Shown: positions 9,899-19,792, numbered from the whole stretch's first letter. The stretch: 61,612 nt of DNA, filler included, from a bacterium (GCA_028719205.1; 3 parts of 3 records of this genome joined end to end with filler, not necessarily neighbours in it); one strand, 5' to 3'. Numbers and translations are program-made. Notes: generated by a model not told the origin, from the sequence alone.

Positions 9899-11874
9899 AA
9901 TCCGGATTGAAAGAACAGAGAATATTTTATCCTCCTAAAAATATAAGCGAGAAGGCTTACATTAAAAGTTTAGGGGAGTATGAGAAACTTTATAAGGAAT
10001 CCGTGGATAATCCTGAAAAATTCTGGGGAGGCATGGCGGAAAAAAATCTTTCCTGGTTTAAAAAATGGGATAAGGTTTTAGAATATGATTTTTCGAATAT
10101 CGGCGAGATCGAAGGCCCATATGTGAAGTATTTCCAGGGCGGCAAGTTAAATGCTTCCTATAACTGTCTTGACAGGCATCTCAATTCATGGAAAAGGAAT
10201 AAGGCGGCGATCGTCTGGCAGGGGGACAAGGAAAATGAAAGGCGGACAATAACTTATCAGGAATTACATACACAGGTAAACAGGTTTGCCAATGTATTAA
10301 AAAAACACGGAGTGAAAAAAGGCGATGTGGTCGTAATTTATCTCCCGATGATAATTGAGCTGCCTGTTGCCATGCTCGCGTGCGCGAGGATCGGCGCGAT
10401 ACATTCGGTGGTTTTTTCCGCGTTCAGTTCATCCGCTTTACAAAACAGGATCATGGATTCAAGCGCGAGAATGGTTATTACGGCAGACGCCGGTTTCCAT
10501 GGAGGTAAGATCGTTGAGTTAAAAGAAAAGACAGATGAGGCGCTGGAAAAGTGTAAATGTGTTGATAAGGTTATTGTTTTTAACCGTGGCAATACAAAAG
10601 TTAATATGCAAAACGACAGAGACTTTTGGTGGAATAGTGAAATGAATTCTCCGGACATTAAAAATTTTTGCGACCCTGTGAAAATGGATTCAGAGGACCC
10701 TCTTTTTATATTATATACAAGCGGAAGCACCGGGAAACCTAAAGGTGTTCTGCATACAACAGCGGGATATTTGCTTTACGCGAATCTTACTTTCAGATTA
10801 ATATTTGACGTAAAGGATGAGGACATATTCTGGTGTACTGCGGATATAGGATGGGTTACAGGGCATTCTTACATTGTCTATGGCCCATTGTCAAATGGAG
10901 CTACCGCGCTAATGTTCGAGGGTATTCCAACTTACCCCGAGGCGGACAGGTTCTGGAAGATAATAGAGGATTATAAAGTAAATATTTTCTATACCGCTCC
11001 CACGGCAATAAGGGCTTTGATGCGGTTTGGTGAAGAATTACCCGATAAACACGACCTGTCAAGCTTGAGGATCCTTGGTTCAGTCGGCGAACCGATCAAT
11101 CCGGAAGCATGGATGTGGTATTACCGTGTTATTGGAAAAGAGAAATGTCCAATAATGGATACATGGTGGCAAACGGAGACAGGCGGGATATTGATCACCG
11201 CGCTTCCAGGGGCTATACCTACAAAACCGGGATCCGCGTCGAAGCCGTTTTTTGGTGTTGAGCCGGAGGTTTTACGGGAAGACGGGACACTAGCGGACAA
11301 AAATGAGGGAAGCCATCTGGTCATTAAAAAACCCTGGCCCGGAATGATACGCGGGGTTTACGGGGATAAAAAAAATGAGCTTATAAAAAAAGTATATTTT
11401 TCCAAATTTCCAGGTAAATATCTGACCGGTGACGGATGTCACGTGGATGAAGATGGATTTTATTGGCTTTTAGGCAGGATTGATGATGTTATGAACGTTT
11501 CAGGGCATCGTTTTGGAACTGCCGAGATCGAAAGTGCGCTTGTTTCAAACGAAAAAGTCGCGGAAGCCGCGGTTGTGGGTTATCCCCATGACATTAAGGG
11601 CCAGGGAATTTATTGCTTTGTAACATTAAAGAAAGGAATTGTCCCTTCAGATGCGCTAAAAAAGGAATTAACGGGCCATGTCAGGGTTCAAATAAGTCCG
11701 GTTGCCACACCGGATAAGATCCAGTTTACTGACGCGCTTCCTAAAACCCGTTCGGGTAAAATTATGCGGAGGATCTTGCGGAAGATCGCGGAGGGAGATA
11801 TTGAGTCGATAGGTGATACTTCAACTTTAGCGGATCCGTCAGTAGTGGATTCATTAGTTAAAGGTAAACAATAA
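9889..11874 (+). CDS. acs: Acetyl-CoA synthetase (AMP-forming)
   Basis: Motifs [47 protein letters not shown]. Confidence 0.95.
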   Translation: MSIESGLKEQRIFYPPKNISEKAYIKSLGEYEKLYKESVDNPEKFWGGMAEKNLSWFKKWDKVLEYDFSNIGEIEGPYVKYFQGGKLNASYNCLDRHLNSWKRNKAAIVWQGDKENERRTITYQELHTQVNRFANVLKKHGVKKGDVVVIYLPMIIELPVAMLACARIGAIHSVVFSAFSSSALQNRIMDSSARMVITADAGFHGGKIVELKEKTDEALEKCKCVDKVIVFNRGNTKVNMQNDRDFWWNSEMNSPDIKNFCDPVKMDSEDPLFILYTSGSTGKPKGVLHTTAGYLLYANLTFRLIFDVKDEDIFWCTADIGWVTGHSYIVYGPLSNGATALMFEGIPTYPEADRFWKIIEDYKVNIFYTAPTAIRALMRFGEELPDKHDLSSLRILGSVGEPINPEAWMWYYRVIGKEKCPIMDTWWQTETGGILITALPGAIPTKPGSASKPFFGVEPEVLREDGTLADKNEGSHLVIKKPWPGMIRGVYGDKKNELIKKVYFSKFPGKYLTGDGCHVDEDGFYWLLGRIDDVMNVSGHRFGTAEIESALVSNEKVAEAAVVGYPHDIKGQGIYCFVTLKKGIVPSDALKKELTGHVRVQISPVATPDKIQFTDALPKTRSGKIMRRILRKIAEGDIESIGDTSTLADPSVVDSLVKGKQ

Positions 11875-11897
11875 AAATAAAACAGATATAAAAAATT

Positions 11898-12797
11898 ATG
11901 GATATTAACTCTGAATTGCAAAAAAAAGTTTATAAGCTTTTTGAGGAAGGCACAATCAAAAGGTTTATTGGTTACGAAAAAGGGTCGCTTCCCTACAAAA
12001 CAAGGCCATGTATTATAACTAAAAAGGAAGACGTAAACCGGTTGATATTTGACCAGTTTTGTGTCAATAATCTTTCCATTTACCTTCGAGGAGACCTTGA
12101 GAAGACCGGAATTCTGGCCAATATGTGCACACTGAAGTCAATTGTCGCGTTACTGCAGGGCAATCAGGTCAAACCGGAAAATCTTTATATCCTGGCGGTG
12201 AATTGCCCGGGGATGGTTGATCCTGATAAAGCTGAGTTGAGCAGCTTGCCTGCTCAAACGAAACTTATGCCCTTTGGGTATAAAAATTTATATGATAAAT
12301 GCAAGGCCTGTCATCATGAACTTCCGAAGATTTATCAGGACCTGATCGGTGAAGAAATTTCTGTCGCCTGTGAACCGGTTGATGAGTATGCCTTTATCAA
12401 GGATATGGAAAAACTTACTCAGGATGAGCGGTGGAAATTCTGGGAAAAGCAATTCAGCAAATGTATCCGTTGTTACGCGTGCAGGAATGTGTGCCCGATA
12501 TGTTATTGCAAAGAATGCATGGTTGATAAAGCAAATCCACAGTGGGTCAGCAAGTTGAATCAATCTTCGACCAATGAATATTATAATCTTATGCGTGTGA
12601 TACATGTGATGGGCCGGTGTACCGATTGCGGCGAATGTGAAAGGGTTTGCCCTGTGAAAATACCTTACCGCAAATTGATCAAAAAAATGGAAAAGGAAAT
12701 AAAAGAATTATACGGCTATGTTCCGGGTAAAGACCCGAAAGAATTGCCTCCGCTATCGACATTTAAGGAAGAAGATCCGGAGAAAGGGATAAAATAG
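11898..12797 (+). CDS. FlxC-like 4Fe-4S protein (FrhB/FdhB-related)
   Basis: CIRCYACRNVCPICYC and CTDCGECERVCP motifs; position in hdr-flx order. Confidence 0.75.
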   Translation: MDINSELQKKVYKLFEEGTIKRFIGYEKGSLPYKTRPCIITKKEDVNRLIFDQFCVNNLSIYLRGDLEKTGILANMCTLKSIVALLQGNQVKPENLYILAVNCPGMVDPDKAELSSLPAQTKLMPFGYKNLYDKCKACHHELPKIYQDLIGEEISVACEPVDEYAFIKDMEKLTQDERWKFWEKQFSKCIRCYACRNVCPICYCKECMVDKANPQWVSKLNQSSTNEYYNLMRVIHVMGRCTDCGECERVCPVKIPYRKLIKKMEKEIKELYGYVPGKDPKELPPLSTFKEEDPEKGIK

Positions 12798-12806
12798 TTG
12801 AAGATG

Positions 12807-12895
12807 GTAACAAGTAACTATGTCACAAAGTCACCAGCAAGGAGAAAAAAATCGTTCTTTTACTTGTGACGTTGTAACTGGTGCGCTTGTGACTT
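12807..12895. repeat. Inverted arrays of short GT(C/A)AC(A/C)A-type repeats
   Basis: GTAACAA GTAACTAT GTCACAAA GTCACCAG ... TTGTGAC GTTGTAAC TGGTGCGC TTGTGAC in the flxC-flxB intergenic region. Confidence 0.6.
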
Positions 12896-12911
12896 TTAAA
12901 CGGGAGAAGTA

Positions 12912-13925
12912 GTGGAGAAAATAGTAAATTTAAGTAGATTAATAGAAGAATTGGTAAAGGAATACGACGTCTTTGCTCCTGTGGGTGATGATAATTTCAG
13001 TCAATTCAGCCCGATAAAAAATTTAGGCGAGGCTAATCTGGATCTGATAAATACCACAAAGCCGTTAAAAAACCTTTTTTTGCCGCAAAGCGAAAAACTT
13101 TTTTCGGTTGACGGCGCGAAGGAAAATATTACTCTTGAACCAAAAAAGAATATTAACAATAAACGTATAATTTTGGGCGCGAAGGCCTGTGAAGTAAAAG
13201 GGATAGAATTATTAACAAAAGTTTATACGGGCGGGACATTGCCTGATGAATTATTTGAGGAACGGAGAAAAAACACGATTATTATCGGGCTTAGCTGTCT
13301 GGAACCACGGGATACATGTTTTTGCGCGGCGCTGGGAGTGAATCCTTTTGAAGAAAAAGGCATGGATCTGGTGCTTACAAAAATAAACGGCAAATTTGTA
13401 ATGAAATCATTAAATCAGAAAGGTGAAGAATTTTTTAAGAAATATCCTGATGTTTTCAGTGAAATAAATAAAGAAGACCTGGAGAAAAGAGATAAGCTTA
13501 AAGAGTCCGTGTTAAAGAAACAAAATTTATCATTGGATCTTAAAGAAATAAAAGAGAAACTGGACAAAGAGGTTGATAATCCTTTATGGGAAGAGATCAG
13601 CCAAAGATGTATCAATTGCGGGATATGCACATATCTTTGTCCGACATGCCAGTGTTTTGATATCCATGATGAAGCAGGAAAGGGCCAGGCCCTGTGCAGG
13701 TTCCGTACCTGGGATAGCTGTATGTTCCCGGATTTTACGCTTATGGCCGGCGGCCATAATCCTCGGGGCAAAAAAAAGGCAAGGATCAGACAGCGTTTCA
13801 TGCACAAATTTTCATATTTTATAGATAATTTTTACGAACCGGGATGCACCGGCTGCGGCCGTTGTATAAAATTCTGCCCGGTGAATGTTGATATTTTGGA
13901 GATATTGAAAAAAGTTAAGGATTAG
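12912..13925 (+). CDS. FlxB-like 4Fe-4S protein (AsrA/HydB family)
   Basis: Motifs CINCGICTYLCPTCQCF, RTWDSC, RQRFMHK, CTGCGRCIKFCP. Confidence 0.8.
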   Translation: MEKIVNLSRLIEELVKEYDVFAPVGDDNFSQFSPIKNLGEANLDLINTTKPLKNLFLPQSEKLFSVDGAKENITLEPKKNINNKRIILGAKACEVKGIELLTKVYTGGTLPDELFEERRKNTIIIGLSCLEPRDTCFCAALGVNPFEEKGMDLVLTKINGKFVMKSLNQKGEEFFKKYPDVFSEINKEDLEKRDKLKESVLKKQNLSLDLKEIKEKLDKEVDNPLWEEISQRCINCGICTYLCPTCQCFDIHDEAGKGQALCRFRTWDSCMFPDFTLMAGGHNPRGKKKARIRQRFMHKFSYFIDNFYEPGCTGCGRCIKFCPVNVDILEILKKVKD

Positions 13926-13930
13926 TTTTT

Positions 13931-15778
13931 ATGAAAGAAATGCCAACATATTATTATGAAATACAGCCTGCGGGTAATTTTGATAACTATGCTTTTGAAA
14001 AAAAAGGAACTTTAGGTAAGCTATCGTTAATAAATTTATTTGTTGGTGCGAATAATACAGGGAAAAGCCGCTTTTTAAGAAATATTTTTAATAATGAATT
14101 TATGTTTAACACAAATAATTTTAACGCAACAACATATAATAATTATCTTAAAAAAATAAAAATAGATATTAAGGAATCTTCATTTATAGGACGTGTTAGA
14201 GTTAATGGAGCAGAATTTAGAGGCATATTAGATATAAATTATTTTGATGGTTGTCATGAATATAAAAATGAAATATTTCCGCCTGATATGGGGGAAGTTA
14301 AAAGACTGAAAAGTTTATTGGAAGAATTGAAAAAAGCATATGGTCTTGAAGATGCTAAAAGACCTGAGGATAAAATTAATGATGCACATAATTTTGCAGA
14401 GAAATGCTTAAATGAACTAAATATATTCGAATTTGAATATAAAAAGCGTTTTTATGTTCCAGTGCTTCGTGGGATGCGTCCATTAACTTCTAGTTTTAAT
14501 GATAATTTATATGAAAATCGTACGCGTGTCGATTATTTTGATAAAGATAATCCCTTAAACAATGTAGAAGGGCATGCTAAGGTAATTTTTACTGGATTAG
14601 ACCTTTTTGCAATTTTAAAAGATAAATTACTTGGTGAACCACAAGATAGAGAAGCAGTATATAACTTTCAAGAATTTTTAAAAGAGAAATTTTTTAACAA
14701 TAAAACCATTACTTTAATACCAAGAGAAAAAGATAATGTCGTTCATGTCAAAATTGGGAATGATGTGCAACTGCCAATTTACAACTTAGGTGACGGTCTA
14801 CAGAATTTGATCATAATTACTTTTAATATGTTCATGGAAAAAGAAAAATGTCTTTTCTTTTTAGAAGAACCTGAATTATATATGCATCCCGGTTTTCAAA
14901 GAATTTTTCTTGAAGTATTATCTTCACCTCAATTGAATCATCATCAATATTTTATTACAACTCATTCAAACCATTTATTAGATATGACGCTTGATTTTGA
15001 AAATATGTCTGTGTTTTTATTTAGAAAAAAAGGGGAAGGGAAAGAGGCAAAGTTTTTGATAAATCAGGTGTCTTCGCGTGAAAGAAATACGCTTAAAGAA
15101 CTTGGTGTCCAAAATTCGTCAGTATTTTTAAGCAATGCCACAATATGGGTTGAGGGGATTACAGACAGACTGTATTTAAGAAAATATATGGATAAATTTA
15201 AAAAGGAAATAGCAAGTAGTGATAAAGAATATTTAGAAAAAATTAAGAATTTCAAAGAAGATTATCATTATTCTTTTGTCGAGTATCAAGGTTCAAATAT
15301 CACACATTGGACATTCGATGGAGAAGAACAAGATAAAATAGATGTAAATAGTTTATGCGCTCAATGTTTTTTGATTGCGGATGGTGATATTGAAGAAAAA
15401 GGTACACGCAAAGCAAATTTGGGAATTGCACTAGGTGACAGATTCGAAATACTAAAATGCAAAGAAATTGAAAATCTTATACCTGAAGAAATTGTTAGGG
15501 TAGTTGCAGGCAATAAATTAAAAGGTGAAAAGGCTGATTTAAATTTAATTAAATATGAAGAATATTCCAAGCCAAATGAACCTTTAGGAGATTATCTTAA
15601 TTCCAAACTAAAGACAGACAAATTTGCTGAAGAAACAGGAACTATTAAAAATAAAGGGAATTTTTGTGAAAAAACAATTTCTCTTATGGATAATACAGAA
15701 TGGGCTTTAACCCCTGAATTAAAAGCAATTTGCAAAAAAATTTATGATCATATTTTTGAATGGAATAATGTTTTATGA
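13931..15778 (+). CDS. OLD-family ATP-dependent nuclease (ABC ATPase + TOPRIM)
   Basis: Walker A VGANNTGKS, signature LGDG, Walker B LEEPE..HP, H-loop ITTHS, TOPRIM WVEGITD and IADGD. Confidence 0.8.
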   Translation: MKEMPTYYYEIQPAGNFDNYAFEKKGTLGKLSLINLFVGANNTGKSRFLRNIFNNEFMFNTNNFNATTYNNYLKKIKIDIKESSFIGRVRVNGAEFRGILDINYFDGCHEYKNEIFPPDMGEVKRLKSLLEELKKAYGLEDAKRPEDKINDAHNFAEKCLNELNIFEFEYKKRFYVPVLRGMRPLTSSFNDNLYENRTRVDYFDKDNPLNNVEGHAKVIFTGLDLFAILKDKLLGEPQDREAVYNFQEFLKEKFFNNKTITLIPREKDNVVHVKIGNDVQLPIYNLGDGLQNLIIITFNMFMEKEKCLFFLEEPELYMHPGFQRIFLEVLSSPQLNHHQYFITTHSNHLLDMTLDFENMSVFLFRKKGEGKEAKFLINQVSSRERNTLKELGVQNSSVFLSNATIWVEGITDRLYLRKYMDKFKKEIASSDKEYLEKIKNFKEDYHYSFVEYQGSNITHWTFDGEEQDKIDVNSLCAQCFLIADGDIEEKGTRKANLGIALGDRFEILKCKEIENLIPEEIVRVVAGNKLKGEKADLNLIKYEEYSKPNEPLGDYLNSKLKTDKFAEETGTIKNKGNFCEKTISLMDNTEWALTPELKAICKKIYDHIFEWNNVL

Positions 15779-17385
15779 TGACCACAATCGAAGAATTTAA
15801 CAAATGGCTGGAAAGGCCGGAAGGGCTTCATCTTGAATTTAAGGAAGCGAAAGCGGAATGGAGTGATAAACATGCGATTGAAGATTATTGTGCTGCTCTC
15901 TCAAATGAAGGAGGAGGAAAACTTATCTTTGGTGTGAGAAATAATGGAGATGTTGTCGGTACAAATGCTTTTTCGGGTACGTATAATAAATTGTCGAATG
16001 ATTTAATGGTAAAAATCGGTATCCGAATTGATGTCGAAGAGTTGAAACATCCCGATGGAAGGGTGTTAATTTTTCACGTTTCTAATCATTATATTGGTAA
16101 ACCGATTAAGCATAAAGGTATTTATTGGATGCGAGCGGGTGAGTCGTTAACTGCTATGGACGAGAAGACATTGTCTAATAAATTAAATGAAGCCAATCCC
16201 GATTTCTCATGTCAGATAGTGAAGGATTTGGGTGTGTCCGATTTAGAAGAAACTGCCTTGGAAAATTTTAAACGCTTATGGGCAAAAAAGGCGCAAAGAG
16301 AAGATTATCTAAGTTTTACAAACGATAAGATGCTTAGAGCTATTGGATTGTTATCCGATAGCGGCTTAAATTATGCAAGCCTTATTTTATTCGGAAAGAA
16401 AAGTAAGATTGATCAATTTCTGGCATGTAGTGAAATAATATTTGAATGGCGGCAAGATCCTCGAAAAACTCCTTATGATTTCCGTATCAATTGGAGAGAA
16501 CCCTTTTTTAAAATATATGATTTGGTATGGGAAACTATTAACGTAAGAAATTTGCGATTCCCTTTCCAGGAAGGACTTTTCCAGCGAGAAGTTTATGCCT
16601 TCAGTGAAAAACCTATTCGTGAAGCATTATTAAATGCCGTTACCCATCGCGATTATACCTTGAACAGCCAATCTATTTTTATTATGGCATCTCCTGAAGA
16701 GTTTGTTATTGAAAGTCCAGGAGGTTTTCCTGCTGGAATTACTTTAGATAATGTTCTTTTCAAAAAAGCATGGAGAAACAGATGTATTGCTGAAACGTTT
16801 GAAAAAGCTGGGCTTGTAGAGCGTTCCGGTCAGGGAATGGATGATATTTTTGGAAATACTATCAGAGAAGGCAAAGGAATGCCTGATTTATCTGAAGATT
16901 CTTTTAGTGTTAAATTAAAAATACCTGCGCAGGTTAAAGATAAGAATTTTATACTATTTCTAGAAAAAGTTGCAAAAGAAAAACAATTTCCTCTTTCTTT
17001 TGAAGAGATATATGAATTAGAAAAAATACGTGAGAATAAAAAATTTGGAAACTTGAAGTTCAAAAATAAATTTCTTGAACTGGGTATTATTGAGCAAGTA
17101 GGTAGAACAAGTGGAGCAAGGTATATACTTTCACATAAATATTATGTTTTCGAAGGGAAAATTGGAAAGCATACGAGGTTAACTGGTATACCTCGTGAGA
17201 AAGAAAAGGAATTCATATTAAAACATTTGGAAAAGAATGAAAAGGGGTTCATGAAAGATTTTAAAGATATTTTCCCAGAGTTAAAAATGATGGATATTTC
17301 AAATTTATTACAGGAGTTGAAAGCTACAAGGATTATTGAACATGTAGGTTCATCCAGAAATGGTTATTGGAAATTACAAAAGTAA
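15775..17385 (+). CDS. Schlafen/AlbA_2 domain + HATPase_c_4-like + C-terminal wHTH protein
   Basis: EGLHLEFKEA, AALSNEGGGKLIFGV, REALLNAVTHRDY, IESPGGFP, ERSGQG, C-terminal GSSRNGYW wing. Confidence 0.85.
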   Translation: MMTTIEEFNKWLERPEGLHLEFKEAKAEWSDKHAIEDYCAALSNEGGGKLIFGVRNNGDVVGTNAFSGTYNKLSNDLMVKIGIRIDVEELKHPDGRVLIFHVSNHYIGKPIKHKGIYWMRAGESLTAMDEKTLSNKLNEANPDFSCQIVKDLGVSDLEETALENFKRLWAKKAQREDYLSFTNDKMLRAIGLLSDSGLNYASLILFGKKSKIDQFLACSEIIFEWRQDPRKTPYDFRINWREPFFKIYDLVWETINVRNLRFPFQEGLFQREVYAFSEKPIREALLNAVTHRDYTLNSQSIFIMASPEEFVIESPGGFPAGITLDNVLFKKAWRNRCIAETFEKAGLVERSGQGMDDIFGNTIREGKGMPDLSEDSFSVKLKIPAQVKDKNFILFLEKVAKEKQFPLSFEEIYELEKIRENKKFGNLKFKNKFLELGIIEQVGRTSGARYILSHKYYVFEGKIGKHTRLTGIPREKEKEFILKHLEKNEKGFMKDFKDIFPELKMMDISNLLQELKATRIIEHVGSSRNGYWKLQK

Positions 17386-17494
17386 ATCTATTTTATATAT
17401 TTAATCGCGATAGATATGTATATCTTATTGAAAATAAAGTATATTTATGTTTGAAATTAAATCTATTCTAAATCTATTTTAAAGGAAGTGCCTT

Positions 17495-18322
17495 GTGAAA
17501 AACATTTATTTACCCTATTTAATGGTAGTAAAAAATATTATTCAGGAAACGTTTGATGTGAAAACTTTGCAGTTGGTTTTCAAAAATGAAGAGGAAGGGA
17601 AGAATTTCTCGTTTTTACCGGGGCAATTCTGTGAATTTTCGGTTTTTGGGGCGGGGGAGGCGACTTTTTGTCTTGCTTCTTCACCAACGAGAAAAGAATT
17701 TATCGAATGCAGTATAAAAAAGATTGGGAAGATCACAAATGCCATTCATGAATTAAAAGAAGGTGATATTGTAGGCCTGCGCGGCCCTTACGGGAATACG
17801 TTTCCGATGGATTTGATAAAAGGAAAAAATCTTTTATTTATCGGCGGAGGGATCGGGATAGCGCCGCTTCGTTCACTAATAGATTATTGTATAGACAACC
17901 GCGCTGATTACAAACAAATTGAAATAATTTACGGGGCAAGGACGCCTCAGGACTTGGTATATACAAGAATATTTGATGAATGGAAAAAGCAACAAAATGT
18001 TAACCTACACATTACAGTAGATCGAATAGTCGGCGATTGGAAAGGGCATGTGGATTTTGTTCCGACATATTTAAAAGAATTAAAACCCTCCGCGGAAAAT
18101 ACCGTCGCTATTACCTGCGGCCCGCCGATCATGATCAAGTTTGTAGTTGAGGCTTTAGTCGCGCTTGGTTTTCCTGATGACAGGATAATAAGTTCACTGG
18201 AAATGAAAATGAAATGCGGTGTCGGCAAATGCGGCAGATGCAATATCGGCAAAACCTATGTCTGCAAAGACGGCCCGATTTTTAGTTATGGAGAAATAAA
18301 GAACCTGATGAGGGAGTTTTAA
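17495..18322 (+). CDS. FlxA-like FAD/NAD(P)-binding oxidoreductase (AsrB/HydG family)
   Basis: PGQF, RGPYGNTF, GGGIGIAPLRS, CGPP, MKCGVGKCGRC...VCKDGP [2Fe-2S]. Confidence 0.85.
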   Translation: MKNIYLPYLMVVKNIIQETFDVKTLQLVFKNEEEGKNFSFLPGQFCEFSVFGAGEATFCLASSPTRKEFIECSIKKIGKITNAIHELKEGDIVGLRGPYGNTFPMDLIKGKNLLFIGGGIGIAPLRSLIDYCIDNRADYKQIEIIYGARTPQDLVYTRIFDEWKKQQNVNLHITVDRIVGDWKGHVDFVPTYLKELKPSAENTVAITCGPPIMIKFVVEALVALGFPDDRIISSLEMKMKCGVGKCGRCNIGKTYVCKDGPIFSYGEIKNLMREF

Positions 18323-18331
18323 AATAATAAG

Positions 18332-18883
18332 ATGGATAGCCGAAAAATAATGAAAGCTAATTTAAGCTTAATTCAGGGTGATATTACAAAACAAAAGACA
18401 GATGCAATCGTTAATGCGGCGAATTCTACATTAATGGGCGGCGGCGGGGTGGATGGCGCTATCCATTATGCCGGAGGGCCGGTAATTTTAGAAGAGTGCA
18501 AGGAGATCCGAAAAAAACAAGGGCTATTGCCAACGGGTGAGGCGGTAATTACTTCAGGCGGAAAGCTTCCGGCGAAATATGTTATCCATACTGTGGGCCC
18601 TGTTTGGAAGGGCGGAACTCACAATGAACCGGTTCTTTTGGCGAATTGTTACCGAAACAGCCTGAATCTTGCGAAAAAGAAAGGTTTGAAGTCCATTTCA
18701 TTCCCGTCCATATCTACCGGTATTTATTCTTATCCGGTTGATAAGGCATCTGAGATCGCGGTCAAAACTGTAATTGGATTTTTAAATAATAATAAAGGTA
18801 TCGAAGAAGTTTATTTTGTTCTATATGATTCATTTACATTTTCAACATATAAAAAAGCTTTGGAGGAATATACAAAAAAGTAA
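18332..18883 (+). CDS. Macrodomain O-acetyl-ADP-ribose deacetylase (YmdB-like)
   Basis: Motifs GDIT, IVNAANSTLMGGGGVDGAIH, VIHTVGP, FPSISTGIY. Confidence 0.9.
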   Translation: MDSRKIMKANLSLIQGDITKQKTDAIVNAANSTLMGGGGVDGAIHYAGGPVILEECKEIRKKQGLLPTGEAVITSGGKLPAKYVIHTVGPVWKGGTHNEPVLLANCYRNSLNLAKKKGLKSISFPSISTGIYSYPVDKASEIAVKTVIGFLNNNKGIEEVYFVLYDSFTFSTYKKALEEYTKK

Positions 18884-18912
18884 TTGACCTGAAAATAAAA
18901 AAAGGGTAGAAT
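18884..18912 (+). promoter_or_regulatory. Sigma70-type promoter
   Basis: TTGACC-N17-TAGAAT upstream of SD AAAGGAGG and a small ORF. Confidence 0.6.
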
Positions 18913-18945
18913 TAATCAATAAAGTAAAAATAAAAGGAGGAAAAC

Positions 18946-19116
18946 ATGAGCGCACCTGCGGCAGGATCTTATTTATATTACGTAAATAGCTGGCTTTTGG
19001 CAAAAGGCGGATACGTGTCTGTTTTAGGAACGTTTTGTTTCAAAGTTGCCTTTATAATTCTTATACTTGGCATATTTGTTTATTCCTTGAAGAAAAACAA
19101 TACATTTGAAGAATAA
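18946..19116 (+). CDS. Small membrane protein, 56 aa (not in ORF track)
   Basis: MSAPAAGSYLYYVNSWLLAKGGYVSVLGTFCFKVAFIILILGIFVYSLKKNNTFEE; strong SD AGGAGG 5 nt upstream; hydrophobic stretch followed by KK. Confidence 0.65.
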   Translation: MSAPAAGSYLYYVNSWLLAKGGYVSVLGTFCFKVAFIILILGIFVYSLKKNNTFEE

Positions 19117-19132
19117 ACTTGGGATAATATTA

Positions 19133-19540
19133 TTATTCCTTAGCGCCTATTGTAAAAACTAATCTTTTTATAACGGTGCTATCGTTAATTGTTGCTTCTA
19201 CCTGCCATTCTCCTTTTTGGCTTGGGTTGATCCGATAGTAGCTCCATGTGCGGTATTGCCCTGCGCCATACTCCAGTTCTGTTTCATCAAGTTTTGTATT
19301 TTTATAATACCATGAATGCTTTATTGTTCCGGATTTACTGCTTTTTATTTCTGTAAAGAAAAAAAGCTTTTCCGTTGTTTCAGGAAAATTAACATCGTTT
19401 CCAACCGGTTCGTGGCCCTGGATATCAGTACATACTGCCGCCCTCGGAATAGAAACATCAATGCTTGTCTCTTCCGCGTAAACAGAAAAAATGAAAATAG
19501 AAATTACCGGTAAAAATAATAAATAAGTTTTGAATTTCAT
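19133..19540 (-). CDS. DUF2914-like secreted protein
   Basis: Start MKFKTYLL after GGAGG; signal peptide; HEPVG..FFFTEI..HSWYY..YRTWSY..GEWQVE. Confidence 0.7.
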   Translation of the reverse strand: MKFKTYLLFLPVISIFIFSVYAEETSIDVSIPRAAVCTDIQGHEPVGNDVNFPETTEKLFFFTEIKSSKSGTIKHSWYYKNTKLDETELEYGAGQYRTWSYYRINPSQKGEWQVEATINDSTVIKRLVFTIGAKE

Positions 19541-19563
19541 TTCTTTAATCCTCCAATTTTTTG

Positions 19564-19746
19564 TTATATTTTTTCTTTGCAGCTCGGGCAAATAGTCAGG
19601 TTATCTGGGATCATTTTGCCGCATTTCTTGCAATTTACAAATTTTTTCCCGCAAGGTTCACAAAATGCGGTTTCTTTGCAAATTATGCTTCCTCCGCAGT
19701 AAGGACAGGTACAAGCTTTTTTAGACACGGTTTTACATTTTTTCAT
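19564..19746 (-). CDS. Small double zinc-ribbon protein
   Basis: Four CxxC pairs in 60 aa; SD GGGAG. Confidence 0.65.
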   Translation of the reverse strand: MKKCKTVSKKACTCPYCGGSIICKETAFCEPCGKKFVNCKKCGKMIPDNLTICPSCKEKI

Positions 19747-19792
19747 ATAACGCTCCCTATTTTAAAATTCAAAAGTTGTAAGTTTTTTATAA

